The notes: generated by a model not told the origin, from the sequence alone. A stretch of 64,000 nt of DNA from an uncultured bacterium (GCA_963713855.1 OY970209.1:512001-576000); one strand, 5' to 3'. Shown: positions 48,723 through 59,211, numbered from the stretch's first letter. A program made the numbers and translations.

Positions 48723-49373
48723 TTAAATTCTCTTCATGCTTTCTAATGTTTTGATTGGGTCTGGCGTTTCAAAAATGCCGGCGCCGACTGCAAATATGTC
48801 TGCCCCTTCAGCTGATAAAGCAGGCAGTGTATCTATGTTGACGCCTCCATCAATGCCTATTGCAAATGAGAGTCCATGTTCTCCGCGAAGATCGTAGAGT
48901 GTCTGAAGGCGTTCGTGCGCGTGGGGTAGTATGACTTGTCCAGATGGTCCGGGTTCGACAGTAAGTAAAAGCACGTGGTCAATAATGCGATCGAAGTGCT
49001 TTATAACTTCAACGGGCGTGTTTGGTTTGATTGCAAGCCCGACCTTAATTCCCTGCTTATGATACGATTCTATTATCTGATGCGTCTTTCGATTAGATAA
49101 GTTTTCATAATGTACAGATATGAGGTCATGTTTATGGAGCGTTATCCGCTCAAGAACTGCTTGTGGATCGTCCACCATAAGATGGATCCAGAACGGTTTT
49201 TTTGTCACGTTTCTTAAAGCGTTTACAAATGCTGGACCTATGGTAATGTCAGCGGCAAAATGAAGGTCCATGATATCAAGATGAAAGCCCGCGCAGTGCG
49301 GTTCAAAAGAACGGATGATTTCTTCAAGCTTAAGCGGTGGCGCAGCTGTAATCGAAGGAAATATATGAGCCAT
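48723..49373 (-). CDS. rpe: Ribulose-phosphate 3-epimerase
   Basis: HLDIMD.HF, HLMV, GLAIKPNTP, VEPG..GQ, IDGGVN. Confidence 0.92.
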   Translation of the reverse strand: MAHIFPSITAAPPLKLEEIIRSFEPHCAGFHLDIMDLHFAADITIGPAFVNALRNVTKKPFWIHLMVDDPQAVLERITLHKHDLISVHYENLSNRKTHQIIESYHKQGIKVGLAIKPNTPVEVIKHFDRIIDHVLLLTVEPGPSGQVILPHAHERLQTLYDLRGEHGLSFAIGIDGGVNIDTLPALSAEGADIFAVGAGIFETPDPIKTLESMKRI

Positions 49374-49471
49374 AAAGAGTGTTCCTTAGGTATTTTGACT
49401 TTCAGTGTAGCTTATAGAGGAATACAGAGTATATCTTTTTTTTATTTAGAGGTTGTTTCGCTTCTTAATGA

Positions 49472-49825
49472 GGTGGAGTCCCTAAAAGTGAGCTAAAGAG
49501 AAACAGGCGCCTACGCGGCTTAATAAGAGTCAGAGTATTGACTCTTATTACAGGACAATCGTCCTGCACCTGTTGCTTGTTGTTACATACTCTTATTGTG
49601 TATGAGATAGACCGGAAAATCCGGTCTATCTCATTAGGCACATATACCAGAAAGGGAACTCACTTTCTGGTATATTAAACAACCGTAAAAAATTTAAGAA
49701 GGGTGTGGGTCAAGGGTCATAAAGCCTGAGCCAGGCTTATGAGCCCTTTCATAAGAGTCAATACTATGACTCTTATGATGACGCGTAGGCGCACGCTTCA
49801 CTGATTTTTATTTGGGGACTGAACC
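49472..49825 (+). repeat. Structured MITE-like element, copy 1
   Basis: Imperfect terminal inverted repeats, six hairpins and a closing helix; homologous to 58892-59211. Confidence 0.85.
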
Positions 49826-49913
49826 TAGATTTTTAAAGGGAATGGTAAATGATTCTGCCTGCAACTCTTGAGTGTATACGCCTAAAAAAATCTGAGTGTA
49901 TTTGTATAAAATA

Positions 49914-49941
49914 TTGCACTTTTTAACCGTTGGGGTATATT
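49914..49941 (+). promoter_or_regulatory. Candidate groES promoter
   Basis: TTGCAC-N16-TATATT. Confidence 0.4.
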
Positions 49942-50036
49942 AGGTTCATGCTATAGATCTAAAAAATGGATCTAGAATGTATCAAAAATGTTAAAATTAA
50001 GAGTCATATAGAGCATTTAGAAGTTTTGGAGGCGCT

Positions 50037-50321
50037 ATGTTTGAGAAGTTTCGTCCTCTCTACGATAGAGTATTGATAGAGCGTATTGAAAGCAATGAGG
50101 AGAAAAGTTCTGGGGGTATTATTATCCCTGATGCTGCTAAGGAAAAGGCTCAAACAGGACGCGTAAAAGCTGTTGGCTCTGGCCGTGTAACACCCGAAGG
50201 TAAAGTTATACCACCCCAGGTAAAAGTGGGCGATACTGTTTTCTTTGGTAAATATGCCGGTACGGAGGCTGCGCGAGATCTTCTTATCATCCGTGAAGAT
50301 GAAATTTTAGGAATTTTCTAA
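50037..50321 (+). CDS. groES: Co-chaperonin GroES
   Basis: RPLYDRV, GGIIIPDAAKEK, VKVGD.V.FGKYAGTE. Confidence 0.97.
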   Translation: MFEKFRPLYDRVLIERIESNEEKSSGGIIIPDAAKEKAQTGRVKAVGSGRVTPEGKVIPPQVKVGDTVFFGKYAGTEAARDLLIIREDEILGIF

Positions 50322-50361
50322 TAATAAAAGCTGTGAAAAATAATTGAATAAGGATAAAACC

Positions 50362-52002
50362 ATGGCTGGTAAAAAAATAGTATTCGGGCTAGAAGCACGG
50401 CAAAAGCTTGCTGCGGGAGTTGATACTTTAGCTAATGCAGTGAAAGTTACCCTTGGTCCTCGAGGACGTAATGTAGCATTTGAAAGCAAGTTTGGCTCGC
50501 CAAAAGTTACTAAGGACGGTGTTAGTGTTGCAAAAGAAATAGAATTGACTGATCCGCTTGAAAACATGGGCGCACAAATGGTGCGCGAGGTTGCAAGTAA
50601 GACCGCTGATGTTGCAGGGGACGGTACAACGACTGCAACGGTTCTTACACAAGCGATCTTTAGAGAAGGTAACAAGTACGTTACTTCAGGTGCTAATCCG
50701 ATGGAGCTTAAGCGCGGCATCGAAAAAGCTGTTGAAGCCGCTGTTGCAGACATTAAAGCGCGAGCGAAAAAAATAAGTGATAAAAAAGAGATCGAACAAG
50801 TTGCGACTATATCCGCAAACTGGGATACCCAGATAGGCCAGCAGATTGCTCAAGCAATGGAGCGTGTTGGTAGGGACGGTGTTATCACTGTTGAAGAAGC
50901 AAAAGGAATGGAAAGCGAGCTTGAAGTGGTAGAGGGTATGCAATTTGATAGAGGCTACCTTTCTCCCTATTTTGTGACCGATGCTGAAAAGATGGAGGCT
51001 GTGCTTAATGAGCCTTACATTCTCATCTACGAAAAGAAGATTTCGAGCATGAAAAGTTTGCTTCCTATTTTGGAGGCTGTTGCAAAATCTGGAAGGCCGA
51101 TGCTTATCCTTGCTGAAGATGTTGAAGGCGAGGCTCTTGCGACACTTGTTGTTAACAAGCTACGCGGTATTCTCAATGTGATTGCTGTCAAAGCACCAGG
51201 TTTTGGTGATAGGCGTAAAGCGATGCTTGAAGATATTGCTATTTTGACTGGTGGCAAACTCGTTTCCGAAGAGCTTGGCATGAAACTTGAAAATACTACT
51301 ATTCAAGATCTCGGACGTTCTAAAAAGGTATTAGTAACTAAGGATTTTACGACCATTATTGATGGGTATGGGGCGCCAGAAAGCATCAAAGGGCGTGTAG
51401 CTCAAATTAAGGCACAGATTGAAAATGCTACCTCAGATTATGATCGAGAAAAACTCCAAGAACGTTTAGCAAAAATTGCTGGCGGAGTCGCGGTTATTAA
51501 AGTGGGTGCTACCACTGAAACTGAGATGAAGGAAAAGAAAGATCGTATCGAAGATGCCTTAAGCGCTACACGAGCTGCTATAGAAGAAGGTATCGTGCCT
51601 GGAGGCGGTGTAGCTCCGCTACGTGCTCAGCAAGCTATTGCTGCTTTAAAGCTTACCGGAGATGAAAAGTTAGGTGCTCAAATTGTAAACAGGGCTTTGG
51701 AAGAGCCACTTCGTATCATTTCTTCAAATGCTGGCTATGAAGCATCTGTTATCGTTGATGCTGTTCGCAAGGGTTCAGGCAATTACGGTTTTGATGCAAA
51801 GACCGGTGAGTATGTTGACATGGTAAGTGCTGGTATTATTGACCCTGCCAAGGTTGTAAGAACTGCTATTCAAAATGCAGCTTCTATTGCTGGTCTTATG
51901 TTAACGACTGAGGCTGCAATTGCTGAAATACCTGAGGAAAAGAAAGCTGAAGCTGGTCACTCCCATGGAGGCCCTCGCGGAGGCATGCCAGAAATGTACT
52001 AA
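50362..52002 (+). CDS. groEL: Chaperonin GroEL
   Basis: [45 protein letters not shown]. Confidence 0.99.
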   Translation: MAGKKIVFGLEARQKLAAGVDTLANAVKVTLGPRGRNVAFESKFGSPKVTKDGVSVAKEIELTDPLENMGAQMVREVASKTADVAGDGTTTATVLTQAIFREGNKYVTSGANPMELKRGIEKAVEAAVADIKARAKKISDKKEIEQVATISANWDTQIGQQIAQAMERVGRDGVITVEEAKGMESELEVVEGMQFDRGYLSPYFVTDAEKMEAVLNEPYILIYEKKISSMKSLLPILEAVAKSGRPMLILAEDVEGEALATLVVNKLRGILNVIAVKAPGFGDRRKAMLEDIAILTGGKLVSEELGMKLENTTIQDLGRSKKVLVTKDFTTIIDGYGAPESIKGRVAQIKAQIENATSDYDREKLQERLAKIAGGVAVIKVGATTETEMKEKKDRIEDALSATRAAIEEGIVPGGGVAPLRAQQAIAALKLTGDEKLGAQIVNRALEEPLRIISSNAGYEASVIVDAVRKGSGNYGFDAKTGEYVDMVSAGIIDPAKVVRTAIQNAASIAGLMLTTEAAIAEIPEEKKAEAGHSHGGPRGGMPEMY

Positions 52003-52018
52003 TTGATGCTTGAACTGG

Positions 52019-53608
52019 TTAAAGTATCTTTTCGTGGATGAGCATTTTTTGAGCTATTTTTTCAAAAAGAGGTACCGCTGTTGACGCAGCGGTCGCCTCT
52101 TTTTTTTCCGTTTCTTTAATAAATGTAACGACTATTCTTTTATAAGCGTCCTTTTCGATAAGCCCTATAAAGGTAAAAATATTGTGCGAGGGCTGATAGA
52201 CACCATCAACAAGAAGGTTAGCAGTTCCTGTTTTGCCCAAAATAGTGTATCCGTTAATGCGCGCACGCTGTGCAGTTCCTCGGGTAATAGTCTTATGAAG
52301 GATAGCTCGCAACGTGTCGACGGTTTTTTGTGAATAGAGGGTTTGAGAAAAGGTGGTTTTTTGTGCCTCGGGGCTCAGTATAAGACGAGGCGTTACCATT
52401 GCTCCTTTAAGTGCGACGAGTGAAAACGCTCTTGCAAGTTGTAAGAGCGTTGCACGTATTTCGTACCCGAATGAAAGGGAAAAAATACTCAGCTTAGACC
52501 ATCGCTCGGGGGGATTTACAAAACCTTTTTGCTCTCCGGGAACTTCTATGCCTGTTTTTTTTCCAAAGCCACAGCGACGGTAATGTTTATAAAGAGCAGG
52601 ACCGATTCTCTGTGCAACTTTTGAAGTTCCAATGTTGTTTGAAAGCTCTATTACTTGAGAAAAGGTCAATAGCCCATGCGGTTTTAACGTATTGACTTTA
52701 AACCCTTTGATGGTGGTGCTTTTAGTGTTTTCGCAATCAATGATCTCATCCGAATTGACAGAATTTTCTTCAAGTGCTGCAAGTGCTAAAAAGATTTTAA
52801 TGACAGATCCAAGCTCATAGGTATCGGTAAGCAGTTTATTTTTACTTCTTTCAACATCGTTATTTTCAAGAGGCCTATTTGGGTCAAAGTTAGGGTATTG
52901 AGCCATGGCGAGTATGTCGCCCGTTGTCGGATCCATAATTAGTGCGGCAGCTTCCTGTGCTTTAAGTTTGTTGGCTGCTGCTTTTATTTCTTCAAATGCT
53001 AAAAATTGTAAACTCGCATCAATGGTCAGCCTGACGGGTGATGGATGAGTGTCTTTTTGTCCGGTTAAAAGGTCATCATACGCTTTTTCAATGCCAGAAA
53101 TGCCATGATTGTCAGAATCGGTTATTCCGATAACAGGCCCTACTGATTCTACAGGGTAAAACCGTTTTTTTTCTGGCACATACTTTATCTCGTTAAAAAG
53201 ACTTTGACTTATGCATGATCTATCTTTTTCATCGATATGCCTTTTTACGTACATAAACTGGGTATGAGCTAAAGCTTCTCTGCTTTGCATTAATTGCTTA
53301 TAGGCACGAGGAAAATGTTCTGCCAAAAATGTGCTTATTTTTAAAAGACTTGCATCTGATAGCTTACTGGGGATAATAAAAGCACTTAACGACGGAACGG
53401 TAAGCGCTAAAGTTTTCCCGTTTCTGTCGACGATTTCAGCCCTTTCATATACTAAAGTATTTCGTTTGTGCATGTTGTCAGGAAGAGCATGGAGTAAGGA
53501 GCCATGGCTTACTTGCAAAGTGTAGAGGGTTGCTATGATTAGACCATAACACATGACAAAAAAGAAAAAAATAAAGTTAAGTCTTTGCTTTTGAGCTGTC
53601 GTCATCAT
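52019..53608 (-). CDS. ftsI: Class B penicillin-binding protein (FtsI-like)
   Basis: R.EIVDRNG..LA, R.YP, G.SGIE, YELGSVIK (SxxK), SNN, KTGTA. Confidence 0.88.
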   Translation of the reverse strand: MMTTAQKQRLNFIFFFFVMCYGLIIATLYTLQVSHGSLLHALPDNMHKRNTLVYERAEIVDRNGKTLALTVPSLSAFIIPSKLSDASLLKISTFLAEHFPRAYKQLMQSREALAHTQFMYVKRHIDEKDRSCISQSLFNEIKYVPEKKRFYPVESVGPVIGITDSDNHGISGIEKAYDDLLTGQKDTHPSPVRLTIDASLQFLAFEEIKAAANKLKAQEAAALIMDPTTGDILAMAQYPNFDPNRPLENNDVERSKNKLLTDTYELGSVIKIFLALAALEENSVNSDEIIDCENTKSTTIKGFKVNTLKPHGLLTFSQVIELSNNIGTSKVAQRIGPALYKHYRRCGFGKKTGIEVPGEQKGFVNPPERWSKLSIFSLSFGYEIRATLLQLARAFSLVALKGAMVTPRLILSPEAQKTTFSQTLYSQKTVDTLRAILHKTITRGTAQRARINGYTILGKTGTANLLVDGVYQPSHNIFTFIGLIEKDAYKRIVVTFIKETEKKEATAASTAVPLFEKIAQKMLIHEKIL

Positions 53609-53877
53609 CAGCCCTTCGGTAAACTTTTCATGTTTTTTAATCTAAGCGGGACCATTCCTGCCTCCAATGCATATGCCTTAGCATTGCCATGGCTATTTAA
53701 ATGAGCCCGAGCACTAATTAACACGGTGCGGCGCTCAAGAAGAGCAGCACGTACCTTCTCATTTTTTTGCTTGGCATGCGCGTGCTTAATATAAAAATTG
53801 GACTTATATAGATATAAGCTTATTAGTAAAAGTTGAGTGATACCTATTGAGGTGATACATCTTTTGAGTGTGCGCAC
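53608..53877 (-). CDS. Short bitopic protein, FtsL-like by position
   Basis: TM helix, short coiled coil, A...GM; abuts ftsI. Confidence 0.5.
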   Translation of the reverse strand: MRTLKRCITSIGITQLLLISLYLYKSNFYIKHAHAKQKNEKVRAALLERRTVLISARAHLNSHGNAKAYALEAGMVPLRLKNMKSLPKG

Positions 53878-54054
53878 ATTGTTGGCTTTCGTACTAATAT
53901 TCGCTCATAGAAATAACATATGAGAGGTTTTGATAGCAAGAATGGGGATCTTATAAAGCGAGATGATACGCAAGGAGCTCTTTTTTTAGCCATACTGTTG
54001 TTTATTTTTATCGACAATGAATAACATGACACTAAAAAAGGATAAGGAGAATCT

Positions 54055-54327
54055 ATGCTTATTTCGATTCGAAGCTGTAAGCACATCGCTTTTTTGTGTA
54101 TCATTTCCGCTCATTTTTGTACAAAAGCGGAGCAGCTAGAAAAACCAACAAAACCAGCATTGGAAAAAAGCATCAAAAAGAATAATCGAGTAGTTGCAAG
54201 ACCGAGGCACCAGAAAGCTGAACGTTCTTTTTTTAGGCGCGGATATGATAGAGTTGTAAGTGCCTTTGAAAAACTGATTCGCGCCTTGGGTTTTAGTAAA
54301 GAGGTAAAGCCGGTCTCTAAAAAGTAG
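54055..54327 (+). CDS. Small basic exported protein
   Basis: AAGGAG RBS, signal-like leader, downstream terminator. Confidence 0.6.
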   Translation: MLISIRSCKHIAFLCIISAHFCTKAEQLEKPTKPALEKSIKKNNRVVARPRHQKAERSFFRRGYDRVVSAFEKLIRALGFSKEVKPVSKK

Positions 54328-54358
54328 AAAAAAGGGGACAGGTCCGTCCCCTTTTTTA
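54328..54358. terminator. Bidirectional terminator
   Basis: AAAAAAGGGGAC-N7-GTCCCCTTTTTT. Confidence 0.8.
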
Positions 54359-54359
54359 A

Positions 54360-56858
54360 TTAGAAATCTACAGCACCTGTAAAGTGTACTTCGCTTACGT
54401 TTTCACTCAAGCGCTTACGATGATCGAGCTTGAAGCCTACAGCGATGCTCATAGGCATAGGAGAACGAATTTTGACACCAAAACCAACTGATTGCCTAAA
54501 GTTGAAATTGTTGTTTTTGAGTAAACCTTGCTTAATGCCATCGATGCTTGAAGCACCCGGCGTATCCCATCCCGCACCCCCATCATAAAAGACAAGACCG
54601 GCTATGTTAAAGTCGCGTGTGATAGGAAAAACAAGCTCAGCATTCATCCAGAAGGCTTTTTTAGCGCCAATTGAGTCACCAAAAATAGTTGGACCGATTT
54701 GCCCGAATAAAAAGCCTCTGACGGTGGCAGGTCCACCTATATGGTACAATTCCCGATATGGGACGATATTTTTTCCAAGCTCCTGCACAATACCCATGTG
54801 ACCATGTAAGTGAAGAATAAGGTCATACTCATTGATAAGCGGTGTGTACCAATGTGCATCAGCATCCCATTTGATAAATCCAAAGCCATTCGTTTGAAGA
54901 GGTATACCCACCTTAAAAACGGATGACCAGAGGTAGCCCCTATTTGGCGTGATAGGATTGTTTCTGTAGTCTTGTACTGCTTGAGCACTCGTCCACAAAA
55001 GGTCACCCGGCTGGAATATGCGATCAATTGCTGTTTGAAATGCATCGGTAAAGTCTTGTGATCGCTCTTCCAAAGGTGGATGGCCGATTACACGTTCTTT
55101 ATATTTAATACGCTCAGCACCAATATCAAAAAGAACGTTCATGCCGCCAAAAAAGCTTGTGTTAAAACCAAGACTCGCTGATCCACCGGTTAATTCTTCA
55201 CGTGGGGCTTCGTTTACATGTCTAAAATCAGTATATGTTGATGTTCTATGAAAAAGATCAATGCCTGTTTGAATCGGTCTATCATACAACCAAGGGTTAA
55301 TTAAACTGAGCGCTATTTGGCGGTCTTGACGCGAAACGTAGGCTGATGCGTTATAGCGGATGCCTGTACCAAAAAGGTTTGTATCGTGCGCTCCGACACC
55401 AATCTGGATAGATCGGGCAGGTGACTGAAAGTCAGAGCCATCGCCACCGAGCTTAATATCAGCAAAAATACTTCCTGTGCGTACTTCTTGAAGCATTAGG
55501 TCAAGATCTGCGAGCGAGTCGGAAAGACGGGAAATTTTCCAGTTAACCCCACTACGAGGATCGAAGTAACCGAGTCGCTCTACGTTTGCGCGAGAATCAT
55601 CCATTGCGCGAGTTGTAATAAGGCTTCCTTCAGTAAGGGTCAATTCTCGCCGTATAACTTTTTCTCTCGTTTTACGGTGACCAATGATATTTATTTGATT
55701 AAGGAGCACTGGCTGACCGAGCGTGCTTAAAAATTGTAGATCGACCGTTCTTCTTTCTTCGTCAATTTTGTCAAACTTAACGTCGATATCAGCAAAAATG
55801 TATCCTTGTTGTCCCCATAATTGGCGTAAAATCTCAAGTGTCTGTCGGATCGCTTCGCTTGAGTAAAGATCACCAGGCGTTATCGGAATACGGTCAAGAA
55901 TTTCTGCTTCGCTACAAAGCTCATTGCTTTGCGCAGATACTGAACCAACCATGTACTGCTCACCCTCTGTAATATAAAAGGTGACAATAAAGTGGCACGG
56001 GCTTTTAGGATCGCGCTCTACTTTAACGTCATCAACGCGTGCGTATAAAAAGCCATTGCTCTTATAAAAGTGCTCAATAACATACGGATCATGATGTTTT
56101 GTAGCCTCGGGCTGATAGCTTCCTGATTTATCGAGGAAACTAAAGAGCCATTCAGGCCTTGTAAAAATAAGTTTTCTCAGCTTATTGCTTTGCACGCACT
56201 TATTTCCTACAAAGTGGACCTCTCTTATGTACGAGCGTGGACCTTCAATAATCAAAAAACGTATTTTTGCTCTGTTATTCTCGCCCGGAACAATTTCTGC
56301 GCTCACCTGCGCGTCGTGGTAGTCTTTTGCTCGGTATATTTTCTGAATACTCTCGGCAAGGTAGTCGAGCTCTTCCTCTTCAACGCCACGTAAATCGGGA
56401 AGTTGAAGCTGCTTTTCAATCTCTTCCCTTTTTAGGCTTTTATTTCCTTCAAAGACGATTTCATCAACAATATCCTTTTCCTCCAAAGTGATACAAAGTT
56501 CTAACTCTTCAGGCGATAGCACACGTGCACTTACCTGAATGTTCGGTTTAAAATAACCCATACCATACAAAGAGCGGATAAGTTCACTTGAAAGCTGCGG
56601 TTTAAAAACCTGCCCTACTCTGTAGGGAATCTTTGTATAGATTGCTTCGTCCGGTACGTTTTTGTTTCCTTTGATTATTATATTTGCAATTTTAAAAGTT
56701 TGTGGGGTTGGTGTTTCTGGTGCTATTTCTTGAGACAATTGAGCATGTAAAAAAGCAGAAGGCCAAGTTATAATACCTGCAAGCAGAATAATAAGTATCC
56801 AAGGCCACGCTTGAAGGGTGCGAGTGCTTGCCATAGCGGCTCCTACAACATCGTGCAT
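54360..56858 (-). CDS. bamA: Outer-membrane assembly factor BamA
   Basis: POTRA repeats (I.I.GN, KTR..VIRREL), IGG..TVRGF, C-terminal Phe. Confidence 0.95.
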   Translation of the reverse strand: MHDVVGAAMASTRTLQAWPWILIILLAGIITWPSAFLHAQLSQEIAPETPTPQTFKIANIIIKGNKNVPDEAIYTKIPYRVGQVFKPQLSSELIRSLYGMGYFKPNIQVSARVLSPEELELCITLEEKDIVDEIVFEGNKSLKREEIEKQLQLPDLRGVEEEELDYLAESIQKIYRAKDYHDAQVSAEIVPGENNRAKIRFLIIEGPRSYIREVHFVGNKCVQSNKLRKLIFTRPEWLFSFLDKSGSYQPEATKHHDPYVIEHFYKSNGFLYARVDDVKVERDPKSPCHFIVTFYITEGEQYMVGSVSAQSNELCSEAEILDRIPITPGDLYSSEAIRQTLEILRQLWGQQGYIFADIDVKFDKIDEERRTVDLQFLSTLGQPVLLNQINIIGHRKTREKVIRRELTLTEGSLITTRAMDDSRANVERLGYFDPRSGVNWKISRLSDSLADLDLMLQEVRTGSIFADIKLGGDGSDFQSPARSIQIGVGAHDTNLFGTGIRYNASAYVSRQDRQIALSLINPWLYDRPIQTGIDLFHRTSTYTDFRHVNEAPREELTGGSASLGFNTSFFGGMNVLFDIGAERIKYKERVIGHPPLEERSQDFTDAFQTAIDRIFQPGDLLWTSAQAVQDYRNNPITPNRGYLWSSVFKVGIPLQTNGFGFIKWDADAHWYTPLINEYDLILHLHGHMGIVQELGKNIVPYRELYHIGGPATVRGFLFGQIGPTIFGDSIGAKKAFWMNAELVFPITRDFNIAGLVFYDGGAGWDTPGASSIDGIKQGLLKNNNFNFRQSVGFGVKIRSPMPMSIAVGFKLDHRKRLSENVSEVHFTGAVDF

Positions 56859-56926
56859 ATACTATTGTGGTCTAGACTCTCTTATGATACCCTTTTTGTT
56901 AAAATTAGCTAGAAAGTATCTAAAAA

Positions 56927-58270
56927 ATGCCTACTACCATAAATCTTTTATCTCTGACTAATACGTTGTCCGGTACGAAAGAGGTCTTTAAGCCGTTAAA
57001 GCCAGATGAGGTAAAGCTGTATGTGTGTGGGATTACGCCCTATGACTATGCGCATATCGGGCATGGTAGATGCTATGTGACTTTCGATATTTTATACAGG
57101 CTTCTCACCCTTCTAGGTTTTACGGTAAGCTATTGCCGCAATTTTACTGACATCGACGATAAGCTTCTCAATCGTGCCCGTTGCGAATACGATGATCAAA
57201 CTAAGTATACTGAGGTTGCTCAAAAGTACATAGATGCCTTTCAGGAAGACATGACAGCACTGGGTTGCTTGTCGCCAACCTATGAACCACGAGTTACAAA
57301 TACTATTCCTGAAATTATAACTTTTATTGAAGGACTTGTGGCTAAAAGACATGCGTATGTCGTAGAAGGCGATGTTTACTATAGCATTGAGAGTTTTTCC
57401 CCATACGGAAAACTTTCTAAAAGAAACGTCGATGAAATGATTGCGGGTGCTCGTGTTTTGGTAAATGATAAAAAACGAAACCCTCTCGATTTTGCGTTAT
57501 GGAAGTGCGAAGCAGAAGGCACATTTTGGAAAAGTCCGTGGGGATATGGTAGGCCTGGATGGCATATCGAATGTTCGGCAATGGCTTTCAAATACCTTGG
57601 TGACCAGCTTGATATTCACGGGGGAGGAATGGATCTTATTTTTCCCCATCATGAAAATGAGATCGCTCAATCTGAGGGTCTCCTTAAAAAGTCGTTTGTG
57701 CGTTATTGGGTACATAACGCTTTTGTCCGCATTAATCAGGAGAAGATGTCAAAGTCGCTCCAAAATTTTTTAACGCTTAAAGACCTTTTTAGTCAATTTA
57801 AGCCCGAAGTCGCGCGCTATCTGTTTCTGCAACATCATTATAGAAGCCCACTTGATTTTGCACTTGACGAATTACCCTCGATTGAAAAGAGTTATCAACG
57901 CCTACAAAAGCTTTTTGAAGGCACCGTTTTAGAAAAAAAGCTTTCTTTCGATGAGCTAAAGCCGATAGCACGGCGTATGGTAACGTTTTTGTGTGATGAT
58001 TTAAATACTCCCGGAATGCTTGGAGTTGTCTTTGAGCATGCTAAAGAAATACAAGAGGATGCCGTCTTAAAAAAACAGGCCTACTATATTCTTAAGCAGA
58101 TTGCTGGTTGCGCGCTAAGCCCTCTGGAGGAAAAAGTAATCACTCCCCAGATACAGCTTATCTTGCAACAAAGAGAAGAAGCGCGCAAAAAGAAAGATTG
58201 GCAAACGGCAGATGCATTGCGAGATCAGCTTAAAGCTCTCGGCTTTGACGTGCAAGATAAAAAACTCTGA
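56927..58270 (+). CDS. cysS: Cysteinyl-tRNA synthetase
   Basis: YVCG.T.Y...HIGH, GRPGWHIECSAM, DLIFPHHENE, KMSKS. Confidence 0.98.
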   Translation: MPTTINLLSLTNTLSGTKEVFKPLKPDEVKLYVCGITPYDYAHIGHGRCYVTFDILYRLLTLLGFTVSYCRNFTDIDDKLLNRARCEYDDQTKYTEVAQKYIDAFQEDMTALGCLSPTYEPRVTNTIPEIITFIEGLVAKRHAYVVEGDVYYSIESFSPYGKLSKRNVDEMIAGARVLVNDKKRNPLDFALWKCEAEGTFWKSPWGYGRPGWHIECSAMAFKYLGDQLDIHGGGMDLIFPHHENEIAQSEGLLKKSFVRYWVHNAFVRINQEKMSKSLQNFLTLKDLFSQFKPEVARYLFLQHHYRSPLDFALDELPSIEKSYQRLQKLFEGTVLEKKLSFDELKPIARRMVTFLCDDLNTPGMLGVVFEHAKEIQEDAVLKKQAYYILKQIAGCALSPLEEKVITPQIQLILQQREEARKKKDWQTADALRDQLKALGFDVQDKKL

Positions 58271-58366
58271 CCCAACTGTAAGGTACATTTTTGGGCTTGC
58301 GTACTGACGCTTGCGATACTATACTATGCCCAATCGAAGTTAGCCTTGTATGAAGGAGGATATACC

Positions 58367-58870
58367 ATGACCGCAAAGAATTTTTTGTCCTTTCTTATAG
58401 CAGTGGCCACTATCTCTTTTTTTCCCTTACATTCCTACATTCCCATTGAAGAGCTAGTGGATCTTGAGACCTCAATTGAACTTGCGGATCATCTTGATGC
58501 TGCCACTTTAAATGCCCTCCTCAAATCCTGCTTTTCGGCGCTTGCTCCCGCGATAGAGGAAATGCGCAAAGAATCTGAAAACAGTCAAACCCGGATGCAC
58601 GCCGCAAGAAACCTTATTGCCTTAATTCCTGATGTCTTTGACGATGTAAATCTTTATTTTGAGGCTGAGTTTCAGTGGAAGGAATACCATGACAGAGCTA
58701 TTACCGTAAGCGCTGGTTTGCTATCTCGTAAGTATTTTACCGATCTAATTAAGATAATTGAGACAATTAGGCACATTAAGGCTTTTGCTCCAGAATTTTA
58801 CCAAAAAAGGAGCGCCTTTACTGCTCGTATAGATAGCTTAGGTCTTTTCTTAAAGGAAAATCAGACTTAA
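58367..58870 (+). CDS. Hypothetical exported protein
   Basis: AGGAGG RBS, signal peptide. Confidence 0.65.
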   Translation: MTAKNFLSFLIAVATISFFPLHSYIPIEELVDLETSIELADHLDAATLNALLKSCFSALAPAIEEMRKESENSQTRMHAARNLIALIPDVFDDVNLYFEAEFQWKEYHDRAITVSAGLLSRKYFTDLIKIIETIRHIKAFAPEFYQKRSAFTARIDSLGLFLKENQT

Positions 58871-58891
58871 AAAACATGGGACTTTAAGCTA

Positions 58892-59211
58892 GGAAGAGTC
58901 CAAAAAGTAAGCCAAAGAGAAATAAACGCCTACGCGTCATAAGAGTCAATACTATGACTCTTATGAGGACATTGTCCTGCACCTATTGCTTGTTTTGCGT
59001 GTTACATACTTATTGTGTATGGGATAGACCGGAAAATCCGGTCTATCCCATTAGCACATATACCAGAAAGGGAACCCCTTTCTGGTAAAATAAATCTACG
59101 TAAAAAGTTTAAGAAGGGTGTGGGTCAAGTCATAAAGCCTGGGTCAAGGGTGTCTACCCTTGCGCTCGCCGCGTAGGCGTACTTCCCTCATCTTTATGTG
59201 GGCATAGAACC
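58892..59211 (+). repeat. Structured MITE-like element, copy 2
   Basis: Homologous to 49472-49825; flanked by TA on both sides. Confidence 0.85.

Noticed and set aside
49472..59211. CRISPR array or composite transposon bounded by the two repeat copies
   Set aside because: No repeat-spacer periodicity or cas genes; the DNA between copies is core housekeeping
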